DNA of 64,000 nt from a virus. Lineage: Duplodnaviria; Caudoviricetes. The stretch is taken from IMG/VR virus record IMGVR_UViG_3300032327_000792; one strand, 5' to 3'. The position numbers and the translations under genes were made by a program. The notes below the pieces were generated by a model. The model was not told the DNA's origin and made no database searches. It worked only from the letters and a program-made list of their open reading frames with translations. Shown here in pieces: positions 35,263-44,501 of the stretch (its first letter is position 1; every line of letters begins with the position of its first letter).

Positions 35263-38124
35263 TTATCCTAAAATTGTCCTCTTGGGGAATACAAGGTATT
35301 TATCGTACTCTTGTGTGTTGCTGTACATATCTACAGGTGCGATAAATCTTACACTTGATCCATCAAATGTAGTAGCATCTGCGCCCACTACCTCAATATC
35401 CCAAGTGGCTCCTGTTCCAGAGCCAGTGATGTTTGTACCTATTACATTTGTATATGTATCGCCTGTGCTAAACAGGGGTGCAAATCCAGTGCCTTGAGCT
35501 TGTTCGATAGTGCCATTGATATCCACCTGTTCTACAGTGATTGTTATGTTGTTGGTAACATCAACTCCACCAACTTGACTGCCTAAAATAAGGATACGAT
35601 CACCTACTGCATATCCAGTTCCTCCCACAAAAACAAAACTTGAATCGTCGAGGGCAGGCAACTGATAATGATTGTCTAGGTCAAATGTGGTTTCGGCAGC
35701 AACAGGTTCCCATGCACCAGTGGTTGAATCGCCAGCTGGATCCCAGTTGTGACTCAACAATCTGTCAAGTTCGTAACGATCAACTTCAAAATCAATCAAA
35801 TTCAATCGTTCACCAAACTTGGTGCGTACATAATAAGCAATCTGATCACCGTGTCCAGGTTTGACATAGGCCAGAACCCATGACGGTATGAATCCTAGCA
35901 CACGGCCATTGGCCTGTTTTGAAGTCATCCACAATGGTAATACATTGGCAATTTGACCCACTGTGTCTATCACTTGATCACGCATGTTGATCAAACTGTT
36001 TGGGTACACTGTGCTTATTTCGGTAGAATCTGCTTCATTGATAGGATAAGGTAAAGTAACTTGTTTGCTGACGCTCAGTCCTTGGTTGTTTAGCAGATTA
36101 TCTTGTATGGCACTGTAAACTACTTCGTAGATAACCACACCGTTGGCATCCACTGCTTGAGCTACCCGTATTTCTCCCAGAGTAAGATTTTTCCAGTAAT
36201 GATTTTCGTACAAACTACTGTAGTAGTCTTCTATGGTGCTGGCTGTCAATCCAAACGCATGTTCATAGATCACTTGTGTAGCACGACCAAAGTTTGGATC
36301 GGTGGGTCTATACAATAGATCCGGCTGGAATATGTCTTGATTTTGTATCAAACTGTCAATAAATTCTCGATCAGCCAGTGGCGGCATAGCTTGAATATAT
36401 AAATTCTCATATGGCTCGTTGTATTCTCGAATCACAGTGATTGTAAACGTTTTGAATACACTTACCAATCCATCTGTACTGTAAGCGTTTACGGTAAATG
36501 TATGACTCATGTCAAATGTAGTTTCTGTATTTTGACCAGTTACCGCAAGATCATTTGATGTAACATCAAATGTTGTGGTTCCTAAATCCAATGCAAATGT
36601 ATCAAAACTCACTCGGCCAGCAATTTCACCTGATGGCAATAATTGTAGTCCTTGTGGAAGACTACTGGTGCTCCCAGATTCTAATTGATATTGTACTGGT
36701 ATACCGGCTATGTTGGTTGCCAATACATACAGTGTACTGGTAGCGCCATTGACAATTGTGCCTAAATCACTGTTGGTGAGCCAGGTTACCTCTGTGTCAA
36801 TCGGTCCAACTATAGTCAACGAATAATTGTATTCGTTACTGATAATTGCCGGATTGTCTTTTTTATAAACTCGTATGTAAAAGTTATAGGTATTGTCGGT
36901 TAGCCCCAACGAAGGAATGTAACCGTATAACCATCCAGTGCCAGGATCCAATGTAAGTCCCGGAATTGTGGTTGAATCTCCAATGTCGTATCCAAGGTCA
37001 TATTCAACTTGGTCGCCGTCGAGGTCAAGACCCACAAATTGCACAGCAAAGAAGTTGTTGTTACGCACTGTTCCAATACTGCCAACTGCTGGACTCACAA
37101 TGAATGGCACACGCACTGGACTGACATCGGCTGTGATAAATGTATTGTCAGCTGTGATAGTTGTGGTATCCGCTGTTAATGAATCCTTGCTGTAAACAAA
37201 AATACTAAAAGTTCTCAAATTGCTACTTTTACCATCTGATAGCTCCAGTACAAATTCGTAGTTAGCATCAACGCTTTGTGTTGAGAAATCAAATGGATAT
37301 TCGGCATAGCCTTGTCCATCACGACTGAACCCAGCTGTGGCTTCCACCGGACTCAACGGAGTAATAAATCCCGAAATCAATCCGTCAGCACTGACAGTCA
37401 ATCCAGGTGGCAACAATCCTGCTTTGAGAGACACAATCACAGTGTCTGATGGGTCAACGTCGGTGTATTCAACTTGTATTGGAACAATCTGTTGACCGTC
37501 GTATTCCTGGGCAATTTGTCCAGCCGGAGTAATCCACTCTGGGGCATCCTGTCCTGTAATTGTTAATGTGAACGTTCTATCGTTGATGCGATCCAGAGTT
37601 CCTACTCTGGATCGAGTGTATGCTCTCACAGTAAATTTACTGGTAACGTCTTCTGACACCTGTGAAGGAACTCCTTGAATACTGGCCACAGCCTTGGGTA
37701 TACCTTCAATTAGACCATTGTCGGCAATTTGTATTCCGGATGGTAGTGCTCCAGCCTGTATAGTAAACAACACATGCTGAGTAAAGGTAGCGGTCATTGA
37801 TCCTGAGCCCGTGGTCAGTGCAATTGGAACCGTAGAGTATTCAAATGGTGCAATCGAAAAATGTGTGCTATCAACCACCGCCAACACAAAATATCTGACA
37901 GCAGGACTTACTCCGCCAAACAATCCACCTGAAAATATTACATTGAGTCCTGGCCAAATATTGGCAGTGCTGTCACAGGTAATAAGATTGGTAGAGGATG
38001 ATGTTGCTGTGCAAGTGTTGATAGCCACTGTGGCAGTGTCAGCCAACATATTGGTTTGATAGAATATACCTTCGGGTATGGTTCCTAAACTACCAGCAGG
38101 AGTAATCCAAATAGGTTGAGCCAT
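35263..38124 (-). CDS. Baseplate wedge-like protein with putative Ig (He_PIG-like) repeats
   Basis: Repeated WITPAG / G.LP.GL.L...G.I.G / Y.F.VRA units across 953 aa. Confidence 0.7.
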   Translation of the reverse strand: MAQPIWITPAGSLGTIPEGIFYQTNMLADTATVAINTCTATSSSTNLITCDSTANIWPGLNVIFSGGLFGGVSPAVRYFVLAVVDSTHFSIAPFEYSTVPIALTTGSGSMTATFTQHVLFTIQAGALPSGIQIADNGLIEGIPKAVASIQGVPSQVSEDVTSKFTVRAYTRSRVGTLDRINDRTFTLTITGQDAPEWITPAGQIAQEYDGQQIVPIQVEYTDVDPSDTVIVSLKAGLLPPGLTVSADGLISGFITPLSPVEATAGFSRDGQGYAEYPFDFSTQSVDANYEFVLELSDGKSSNLRTFSIFVYSKDSLTADTTTITADNTFITADVSPVRVPFIVSPAVGSIGTVRNNNFFAVQFVGLDLDGDQVEYDLGYDIGDSTTIPGLTLDPGTGWLYGYIPSLGLTDNTYNFYIRVYKKDNPAIISNEYNYSLTIVGPIDTEVTWLTNSDLGTIVNGATSTLYVLATNIAGIPVQYQLESGSTSSLPQGLQLLPSGEIAGRVSFDTFALDLGTTTFDVTSNDLAVTGQNTETTFDMSHTFTVNAYSTDGLVSVFKTFTITVIREYNEPYENLYIQAMPPLADREFIDSLIQNQDIFQPDLLYRPTDPNFGRATQVIYEHAFGLTASTIEDYYSSLYENHYWKNLTLGEIRVAQAVDANGVVIYEVVYSAIQDNLLNNQGLSVSKQVTLPYPINEADSTEISTVYPNSLINMRDQVIDTVGQIANVLPLWMTSKQANGRVLGFIPSWVLAYVKPGHGDQIAYYVRTKFGERLNLIDFEVDRYELDRLLSHNWDPAGDSTTGAWEPVAAETTFDLDNHYQLPALDDSSFVFVGGTGYAVGDRILILGSQVGGVDVTNNITITVEQVDINGTIEQAQGTGFAPLFSTGDTYTNVIGTNITGSGTGATWDIEVVGADATTFDGSSVRFIAPVDMYSNTQEYDKYLVFPKRTILG

Positions 38125-38128
38125 TTAC

Positions 38129-38392
38129 TTACCAGGTAGGGTCAAACGCTACACGGCGCCAGATTTCTGTGGTTTCGTCAAAATCGGCTACGCAGACGTA
38201 AAAATAAATGTTGTCATATGCAATCATTCCAGCACTGTCACCAATAGTTCCAGTAGGCGTTGCTGGTGGAGTTGTTTGCACACGACTGAATAGTTCGCTA
38301 AAATTGGTGTTGCATTTGATAAAAGAAGTACGTATAGGATCGCCCAGTCCATCATTGGGTGCTGTTCCTACATTGATTATTTGTTGAGCCAT
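38129..38392 (-). CDS. Small structural protein with T4 gp9/gp10-like N-terminal motif
   Basis: INVGTAPNDGLGDPIRTSFIKCNTNFSEL. Confidence 0.7.
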   Translation of the reverse strand: MAQQIINVGTAPNDGLGDPIRTSFIKCNTNFSELFSRVQTTPPATPTGTIGDSAGMIAYDNIYFYVCVADFDETTEIWRRVAFDPTW

Positions 38393-38448
38393 AGATTAGA
38401 GTCCTCTGGCAAGTATTTACCAGAGTTTGCTATAGCTGTGACTTGAAA

Positions 38449-38991
38449 TTACAGGCGTTGGTTGCAAACGTCCCAGTCAATAATCTTCCAGATATTGTCT
38501 AAGTAACGTTCTTTGTCCCACTGATAGTCAGTGGCCCATACATGTTCCCACCAATCAATAAGCACGCATATATCTGTACGAACCTGATGATTGGGTATGG
38601 TTTTAATTGTTCCTGATGTACTCAAATATACCCATCCAGAACCTTGAATTTTCATGGCTGTTTCTTTGACTGCTTGTTTGAAATCTTCATAGGTCTTGAA
38701 GTTAGATTCAATCAGTTCCAGTACAGCTCCACGTGGTTTGTTTGCACCTTTTGGAGCACGTAGTTGTGGGAAAAATTTGTTGTGCAAAAAACTACCAGCA
38801 CGGTTGAAATCAGCATTGCCTTCACCGGCATTGTAGCGTTTGGCATAGCCTTTGGCCAAATGTCCATAATGATACTCTAGGCTTTCTTTGCTGAGCACTG
38901 GCTCTAGGTCCTGTTCTCCGTAGGGCAATGGTGTTGTTTCCAGTTTGGCTGGACGAGTGCTGGCTTCAATTAGGTTGATTTCTTCTCTCAT
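38449..38991 (-). CDS. sodB: Fe/Mn superoxide dismutase (compact phage form)
   Basis: LPY...LEP, YHYGH, FLHN, GSGWVYL, DWWEH ligand motifs. Confidence 0.9.
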   Translation of the reverse strand: MREEINLIEASTRPAKLETTPLPYGEQDLEPVLSKESLEYHYGHLAKGYAKRYNAGEGNADFNRAGSFLHNKFFPQLRAPKGANKPRGAVLELIESNFKTYEDFKQAVKETAMKIQGSGWVYLSTSGTIKTIPNHQVRTDICVLIDWWEHVWATDYQWDKERYLDNIWKIIDWDVCNQRL

Positions 38992-39001
38992 GATCTAGTA
39001 C

Positions 39002-39220
39002 TTATCTTCTGCGAGTGATTCGTCCACGAGTTAGATCGTATGGACTGAATTCTATTTCTACTGTGTCACCCAACAATATTTTGATATTGTGTTGACGCAT
39101 TTTACCCGATATAACTCCAGTTACGGGTTGATCAAGATTTTCTATTTTGACTCTAAACATAGCATTGGGCAATACGTCAATTATTTGCCCATCCATCCGA
39201 AATCCTTCTTCTTTGGCCAT
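39002..39220 (-). CDS. infA: Translation initiation factor IF-1
   Basis: MAKEE...LPNAMFRV...[18 protein letters not shown]...[10 protein letters not shown]. Confidence 0.95.
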   Translation of the reverse strand: MAKEEGFRMDGQIIDVLPNAMFRVKIENLDQPVTGVISGKMRQHNIKILLGDTVEIEFSPYDLTRGRITRRR

Positions 39221-39263
39221 TGTTACTGTTGTGTACTTTCTGCGGTCATTGTTTTCCTTTGTA

Positions 39264-39686
39264 TTAGCGTCGCATTGTACTTATTTCAATTGCCTCTTCA
39301 TCTGAGAAAATAGGCACAGCATTTGACTTGTGCATGGTACCGATACCTTTGACTTTGGTACCTGTGTACTCTTTGTCAGTGGGTTTGCTACAAGTTACCC
39401 AACCTGTGTCTACGCTGTTAATTTTGGGAGTTTCTCTACCAGGAGGTATTTTGGGCCCAGAACTGACCAATGGAGTGGTGTGCTTTGGCTCCAAAGGTTT
39501 ATTAGACCGAGCAGTGTTGTTTCTTGTGCTGAATTTGGGTGCTAGTTTTTTCCACTCTGCTTCACGATCACGCCACTCACGTGCCAAACGTTCTGCATGT
39601 GCTTTGGCCTCAGAGCTGGCCCATTTCTTTGGACCTTTCTTCTTGCCTGTGGTGCTTAACCATGGACCTTCAAGATGAAAAGACAT
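39264..39686 (-). CDS. Phage hypothetical protein (C-terminal YTG...MHKSNAVP motif)
   Basis: 140-aa basic ORF behind a sigma70 promoter. Confidence 0.7.
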   Translation of the reverse strand: MSFHLEGPWLSTTGKKKGPKKWASSEAKAHAERLAREWRDREAEWKKLAPKFSTRNNTARSNKPLEPKHTTPLVSSGPKIPPGRETPKINSVDTGWVTCSKPTDKEYTGTKVKGIGTMHKSNAVPIFSDEEAIEISTMRR

Positions 39687-39714
39687 ATAGATAACTCCTA
39701 TTTACTATACTAAT

Positions 39715-39743
39715 ATTATAGCAAAATAGGAGTTTTTGGTCAA
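39715..39743 (-). promoter_or_regulatory. Sigma70-type promoter
   Basis: TTGACC-17-TATAAT. Confidence 0.8.
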
Positions 39744-40066
39744 CCTCTGTCCAACAGATGTAGTTTGCTGATAACAGTAGCCCAGTGTTCTGCATCTGCA
39801 GGCGCTGGCACCCGTTTGCTCAACACAGGCCACAACTCACTGAGTTCGGCATTGAGCTCAATAAAGTGTTGTTGATCGTCGGGCACAGCATCCTCTGCGT
39901 AAATTGCATCCACAGGACACTCTGGCACACACACTGCACAATCAATACATTCTGTGGGATCAATCACTAAAAAATTTGGACCTGCTTTGAAGCAATCCAC
40001 AGGACACACATCCACACAGTCAGTGTGCTTGCACATGATACAGGATTCAGTTACTACATAAGTCAT
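39740..40066 (-). CDS. fdxA: 7Fe ferredoxin (FdxA type)
   Basis: [26 protein letters not shown]...[17 protein letters not shown]. Confidence 0.95.
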   Translation of the reverse strand: MTYVVTESCIMCKHTDCVDVCPVDCFKAGPNFLVIDPTECIDCAVCVPECPVDAIYAEDAVPDDQQHFIELNAELSELWPVLSKRVPAPADAEHWATVISKLHLLDRG

Positions 40067-40093
40067 AGAATTTCTTTTAAAGTTGGATCAAAA

Positions 40094-40396
40094 TTATTTG
40101 AACAAGATCATGGCCATTATCACAGCCTGAACAATAAAGCCTGTTCCAATTGTGATAATGTTTAGAGTATCTTTCATGACCACTGATCTGACAAACAGCA
40201 GGACCAATCCAGCCCACATAAACAGCACAATGTCCAAGTTGGGTACATTGTCACTGAGTCCTGTGAGCAAGGCCAACAAGGTAGGTATTGTGGCACAATG
40301 AATCAAAATCACTGCCAACCAGCCCAATGTATCTGCACCTACTTTTGGTAAATTTTCAGCTAACCAAGCATTAGCCCGTTCTTTGAATGAAATCAT
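40094..40396 (-). CDS. Small multi-pass membrane protein
   Basis: Three hydrophobic segments in 100 aa. Confidence 0.65.
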   Translation of the reverse strand: MISFKERANAWLAENLPKVGADTLGWLAVILIHCATIPTLLALLTGLSDNVPNLDIVLFMWAGLVLLFVRSVVMKDTLNIITIGTGFIVQAVIMAMILFK

Positions 40397-40974
40397 ATGC
40401 GTGCACCTTTTTCACTGTAAAATATATGTCTGCCAATTTTGTCGATCTTTGGCTTGCCCCATTGAGGATTTATGTAGTCTGCGTGATAGTACAGAGCTTT
40501 CTTCATTGAGGGTAAACGAAATCCTTCCATCATGACTTTTTTGGCCACTTCCTCTGACTCACGCCATAAAGCCTGATGTATAGGACGGACTCTGTGAGTA
40601 CCTTCACAATACCATGAAAATTGACAAACTACTCGGTCGTAAAATACATTCTTTTGATAAACCACACCGCATACATCATTGGCAAAACGCCCGTCTGCTA
40701 CGCGATTCATGGTTACCTGTGCCACTGCTACTTTGCCTTCAAACGGCTCACTAGCGGCTTCCCAGTAAATGTTCTGGGTCATACATTTCAACTGCCGTGT
40801 ACGGTCTTCTGCTGAAACAAATCCTTGACGCCATGCATCATTTTTGCTGGCCAATTCATCTAATTTGATAGTGGTTACTATGACCACTGCAAACATCACA
40901 CAGAAAAAACCAAAAGTTTTAACTGCCCATATTTTTAAATCTACTGCTGGTTGTTTACTTGACTTTGAAGTCAT
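40393..40974 (-). CDS. Cell wall hydrolase (SleB / Hydrolase_2 family) with N-terminal TM anchor
   Basis: NIYWEAASEPFEGKVAVAQVTMNRV, CGVVYQ, CQFSW, ALYYHADY, IGRHIFY. Confidence 0.9.
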   Translation of the reverse strand: MTSKSSKQPAVDLKIWAVKTFGFFCVMFAVVIVTTIKLDELASKNDAWRQGFVSAEDRTRQLKCMTQNIYWEAASEPFEGKVAVAQVTMNRVADGRFANDVCGVVYQKNVFYDRVVCQFSWYCEGTHRVRPIHQALWRESEEVAKKVMMEGFRLPSMKKALYYHADYINPQWGKPKIDKIGRHIFYSEKGARI

Positions 40975-40984
40975 GTCATTCTCC

Positions 40985-41320
40985 TTTGAACCATACTGGG
41001 CTCTTCAGCGGAGGTGCTCAGGATGAGCGCATTGACAATGAGAGATATAGATAGCGAGACTCGGTGGCCTTCTTTGGCATACTCTCTTGGACTGTGCTCT
41101 TTGTCCTAAATGCTACAAGCACAATCAATACTAGTTGTCAACGAAGAGACGTTCCGACGGTCTCTTTCGAAACAGCAATTAAAGTTTGGACAAACCCCAA
41201 CCACTGTACCTATGTTTACTTTTTTGCTCGGTATAAACAGCCGAGGTGCTGTGGTTCTAAGATTGTGATCTTCTGCTGTATCCTAAAGATCAGCTAGATT
41301 GTTTTTACCACATGCACAAA
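40985..41320 (-). ncRNA. Candidate long structured 5' leader / ncRNA upstream of the cell wall hydrolase
   Basis: About 340 nt with no convincing ORF and at least five hairpins; TAAGTA (41321-41326) and sigma70 (41412-41440) promoter motifs upstream. Confidence 0.4.
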
Positions 41321-41411
41321 TACTTAGTACCCACTGCACTCTTGAGCTAAAAATCGCTCTTTTTCTACTACTTTTTGCCATTATATAGGTGTTTAACGAC
41401 AATATACTGCT

Positions 41412-41440
41412 ATTATACACTAAACACCTATAATGGTCAA
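41412..41440 (-). promoter_or_regulatory. Sigma70-type promoter
   Basis: TTGACC-17-TATAAT. Confidence 0.75.
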
Positions 41441-41441
41441 T

Positions 41442-41825
41442 CTATTTGGCTATAGCATTCCAGGTTTTCATCTTGGCTTCAATATCGGCTTCCAATGCTC
41501 GATATTGATCACCCAATGCTCGAAGTTCTGCCCATTCTAATTCTAACGCTGAATTTGGTTTCAAAATGTTTAGACGTTGCTCAATGGCGTTGATCATGCC
41601 CATCAAACTTTTGCCGTTGACTTCGATATCAGCATTATCGCCCTCAAGTTTGATCTTGCCCGATGTTCCAGTATTCCAACCAGTATTTAGAGTAACGGTA
41701 TTGCTACTGGTGTCGGTCCACGGAACTGAAATACCAGTGGCTCCGTTGAATGCGTAAGGACCGCCAGTACTACTGACAGTTATAGTATCAGTGACACTGG
41801 CAGTTGGGTTGAGCACCACTGACAT
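41442..41825 (-). CDS. Hypothetical protein
   Basis: 127-aa ORF; low-complexity Thr/Gly N-half, coiled-coil C-half. Confidence 0.65.
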   Translation of the reverse strand: MSVVLNPTASVTDTITVSSTGGPYAFNGATGISVPWTDTSSNTVTLNTGWNTGTSGKIKLEGDNADIEVNGKSLMGMINAIEQRLNILKPNSALELEWAELRALGDQYRALEADIEAKMKTWNAIAK

Positions 41826-41826
41826 A

Positions 41827-42018
41827 TTACTTGGCGACAGTCAATGCTTCTTTTTCTGCTGTGATTTCTTTGCGACGCTCTTTGATTGCTTTTGACATTT
41901 CTTGTAGAGCTTTTCTAGCACGGGCCGCTGCGGCTTTTACACCTTTGCCTGTGAACTTTTCGTTCTCAGAAATGTATGTTTCGAATGCTGTTTTGATTGC
42001 GTCATGATTTTGTGACAT
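41827..42018 (-). CDS. Histone H1-like Hc1-family small basic protein
   Basis: EKFTGKGVKAAAARARKALQEMSKAIKERRKEI resembles the Hc1-family KGNKAAGTRARK motif. Confidence 0.7.
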   Translation of the reverse strand: MSQNHDAIKTAFETYISENEKFTGKGVKAAAARARKALQEMSKAIKERRKEITAEKEALTVAK

Positions 42019-42094
42019 GTTGTTTCCTTTTCTAATGTGTGTGTCTATTTAGACACTTTACTAGTATACAGGAAAATTTCTGCGTGTCAACGAT

Positions 42095-42334
42095 TTAGAT
42101 GTAGATATGTCGTCGATTCCAACAATCCCAGATCACCAAGTTGGTCCATTCGGTCCAGGTGACCATGAACGTGTTTAGACTGTGTTGGTCGTAAAGGTAC
42201 ATTTTGTTTTCGGTGATTTGGCAGTTTTTGATACGGTTATCGGCAATCCAGGACTTGAACAGCTCAGAGGCTTTTGGGTCTCGCATGATCACTAGGTACA
42301 AAGGTTCGCCGTGGCGTTGGGTGCTGATGGACAT
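42095..42334 (-). CDS. Hypothetical protein
   Basis: 79-aa ORF after TAAGTA (42353-42358). Confidence 0.6.
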   Translation of the reverse strand: MSISTQRHGEPLYLVIMRDPKASELFKSWIADNRIKNCQITENKMYLYDQHSLNTFMVTWTEWTNLVIWDCWNRRHIYI

Positions 42335-42373
42335 AAGGTTGTTGGGTTACAATACTTATTCCGATCAAGAAAA

Positions 42374-42395
42374 AGCGGCACCCTCGGATGCCGCT
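42374..42395 (-). terminator. Rho-independent terminator
   Basis: AGCGGCA/TGCCGCT stem followed by TTTTCTT on the minus strand, after 42415..42726. Confidence 0.75.
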
Positions 42396-42414
42396 GTTGC
42401 TGTCACGTAGTTGA

Positions 42415-42726
42415 TTACGCTTCGTCAGCTACCTTTGTCTTGGAACCGATCTTGACTTGATCACGCTTGGCAATCTTTGTTTTCTCGGCCAACTTGTTGG
42501 CTACTGCATAACCTGCATCACCAGTTACACCCTGTGACTGGATATACTGTAGAGCCTCTAACTTGGTCATTGCTGTTGGCAATTCCATTAGGTTGATATC
42601 AGTACAACCTGCTTTGTTCAAAATCTTGATACGTGCTACCAAGTCATTGGCAAAACGAGCTTTTACTGTGCCGTCTGCGTTGGTTGCTGTACCTGCCACT
42701 GTGAATGTTTTTTCTACTGTTGCCAT
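42415..42726 (-). CDS. Hypothetical protein (paralog of 58602..59057)
   Basis: 103 aa; shares the AG......G..K.R.A...AR...L.K.G.TD......TK..A pattern. Confidence 0.7.
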   Translation of the reverse strand: MATVEKTFTVAGTATNADGTVKARFANDLVARIKILNKAGCTDINLMELPTAMTKLEALQYIQSQGVTGDAGYAVANKLAEKTKIAKRDQVKIGSKTKVADEA

Positions 42727-42813
42727 TTTGTGTTGCCTTTCTAGTGTTTAAAATAAAGTTTGTTGCCTACTTGCTGTGTTGCCAATATGCTCAATTTCCA
42801 AGCATATACATAT

Positions 42814-42842
42814 ATTATAGCTGATTTGACTATTGTAGTCAA
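42814..42842 (-). promoter_or_regulatory. Sigma70-type promoter
   Basis: TTGACT-17-TATAAT. Confidence 0.75.
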
Positions 42843-42870
42843 CCATAACATATCCTTTTGGTTCGCCAAA

Positions 42871-43035
42871 TTACTTGGTAGAGCCACCTATTTTTTCCTG
42901 AGTCCATTCTGATGCTCGGGTAATGTCCTTGCCTGCACCAGCTATGGTGCCACAGCCTGACAGTGCCGCAATGATCACCATCGCTACAATGACCACTGCC
43001 CAAAGAGCTGATTTTTCTGGATATTGAATTTTCAT
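42871..43035 (-). CDS. Entericidin EcnA/B-like lipoprotein (54 aa)
   Basis: Manual translation: hydrophobic signal, lipobox LSG-C, then GTIAGAGKDITRASEW. Confidence 0.7.
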   Translation of the reverse strand: MKIQYPEKSALWAVVIVAMVIIAALSGCGTIAGAGKDITRASEWTQEKIGGSTK

Positions 43036-43160
43036 TTTGATGCTTCCTTTGTGATTTCTTGAACTTTGTTTACACCGTTGTCCAACATGCGAGCCATACC
43101 CGAGAAGCCCACGGTACAGATTGCAATACCAACTACTACACCTGCCACAAACTTAATCAT
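43032..43160 (-). CDS. Small membrane protein (42 aa, MIKFVAGVVVGIAICTVGFSG...)
   Basis: Manual translation; overlaps its neighbours. Confidence 0.6.
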   Translation of the reverse strand: MIKFVAGVVVGIAICTVGFSGMARMLDNGVNKVQEITKEASK

Positions 43161-43344
43161 TTGCCAATTCCTTTGATTTGTTGTTTTTGTCAACCGTGCT
43201 TTGTTTGTAAAAATACATCACTGCCTTGCTACCTTCATCGTAGCCTCGGGTCCAGCCAACACAATAGCCTAAAAATGTGCTACCACATAAAAACAATACT
43301 GATACCAACACCACAAGGATTGTGTTTCTGTTAATTCCAAACAT
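43153..43344 (-). CDS. Small membrane protein
   Basis: One TM helix followed by GWTRGYDEG. Confidence 0.6.
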   Translation of the reverse strand: MFGINRNTILVVLVSVLFLCGSTFLGYCVGWTRGYDEGSKAVMYFYKQSTVDKNNKSKELAND

Positions 43345-43375
43345 TGTATTTTTCCTATTTCTTGACTATAGTAAT

Positions 43376-43404
43376 ATTATAGCAAAAGGCAGGTTTTTGG
43401 TCAA
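43376..43404 (-). promoter_or_regulatory. Sigma70-type promoter
   Basis: TTGACC-17-TATAAT. Confidence 0.8.
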
Positions 43405-43436
43405 CCATTTTGTATGGGTTGCTAAGTCATTGATTG

Positions 43437-44501
43437 TTAAGGAGATTTTTTACCAATGTATTCGTGGCTGTAGCAAACACGGGCAGCATCGCGGGCAGTG
43501 GTAGTGCCACCATAGCCGGGCATTCGGCGTACTGAGCCATCTTTGTTTAGATAACTGCCTTTGCGTGACTGTCGATTGGTTGAGGTAGGCCGCCATAGAT
43601 CAGATTTCTCACGATGCTCTCCAAAACTTGGGTGAGCAGTTTTGCTAAAGTAACGCAGTCCACGATCAACATAGATTTGGGCTATGGCATCGGAAAATGC
43701 TGTACCTATGCCCATGCCCTGAAACTCTGGTAGTATTACAGTTCTATGGCCCCGCCAGTATGAGTGAATGTCACGATTGGTACTGTGAATAGCAGCATGA
43801 AACCCAATGGGTTTGTTGCCCAAGAGTAAAACGTAGTAATGAGCTGATTTACTAATGGCACTATCTAAATAGTGAAAACGGCTAAAATATTTCCAATAGT
43901 TCGAACTTGTGCTTCGGATGGTGAATGTAAGTTCTGGTCGGGTCCCCAATCGAAAAAGTGACCTCCTGGCTTCTAAGACACAGAGATCCGTGTCATATAC
44001 GTAGTCCGGGTCTAACCATTCTACTATGTCTCTGTGACATGAAGCAATATACAATGGTTCTGTATTGCCGCGTCGATCATAAAACTTTCTAACACTTAGC
44101 GCAAGACTTTTGGCAGTGTCTCGATCCACCACTGACGTAAACTCATCAATGATTGAATGACCTTGATCCAGTCCTACGGCAATTTCAAATCTGTGATACT
44201 CACCGTTGCTCAGTGTTGTTGGTGCACGGAACCAAGCGGGTATGGTTCGTAATCCGCAGGCCAGCAATAACTCTTCGCCACGTTCGGCTGTGCTAAAGTT
44301 TTCAATCACTGTCTTGGTGTTATCAATCACCACTGGCTTTGGGTTGTCCACAGTTCGAAGAATTGTGGTTTTACCCGAACCTGATGTGCCCACAATCAGC
44401 ACAATGCCTTCTGTGGGCAACTTGGGGATGGACACAGGTGTTTCTACGTGGTCCTTGATATCGTACTTGGTACGTATGGTTTCTAGGTAATTATCGGTCA
44501 T
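43437..44501 (-). CDS. ABC-type ATPase fused to a GNAT acetyltransferase
   Basis: GTSGSGKTT (Walker A), LSNGE (ABC signature), IIDEFTS (Walker B), SCH (H-loop); C-terminal RTVILPEFQGMGIG (GNAT motif A). Confidence 0.85.
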   Translation of the reverse strand: MTDNYLETIRTKYDIKDHVETPVSIPKLPTEGIVLIVGTSGSGKTTILRTVDNPKPVVIDNTKTVIENFSTAERGEELLLACGLRTIPAWFRAPTTLSNGEYHRFEIAVGLDQGHSIIDEFTSVVDRDTAKSLALSVRKFYDRRGNTEPLYIASCHRDIVEWLDPDYVYDTDLCVLEARRSLFRLGTRPELTFTIRSTSSNYWKYFSRFHYLDSAISKSAHYYVLLLGNKPIGFHAAIHSTNRDIHSYWRGHRTVILPEFQGMGIGTAFSDAIAQIYVDRGLRYFSKTAHPSFGEHREKSDLWRPTSTNRQSRKGSYLNKDGSVRRMPGYGGTTTARDAARVCYSHEYIGKKSP

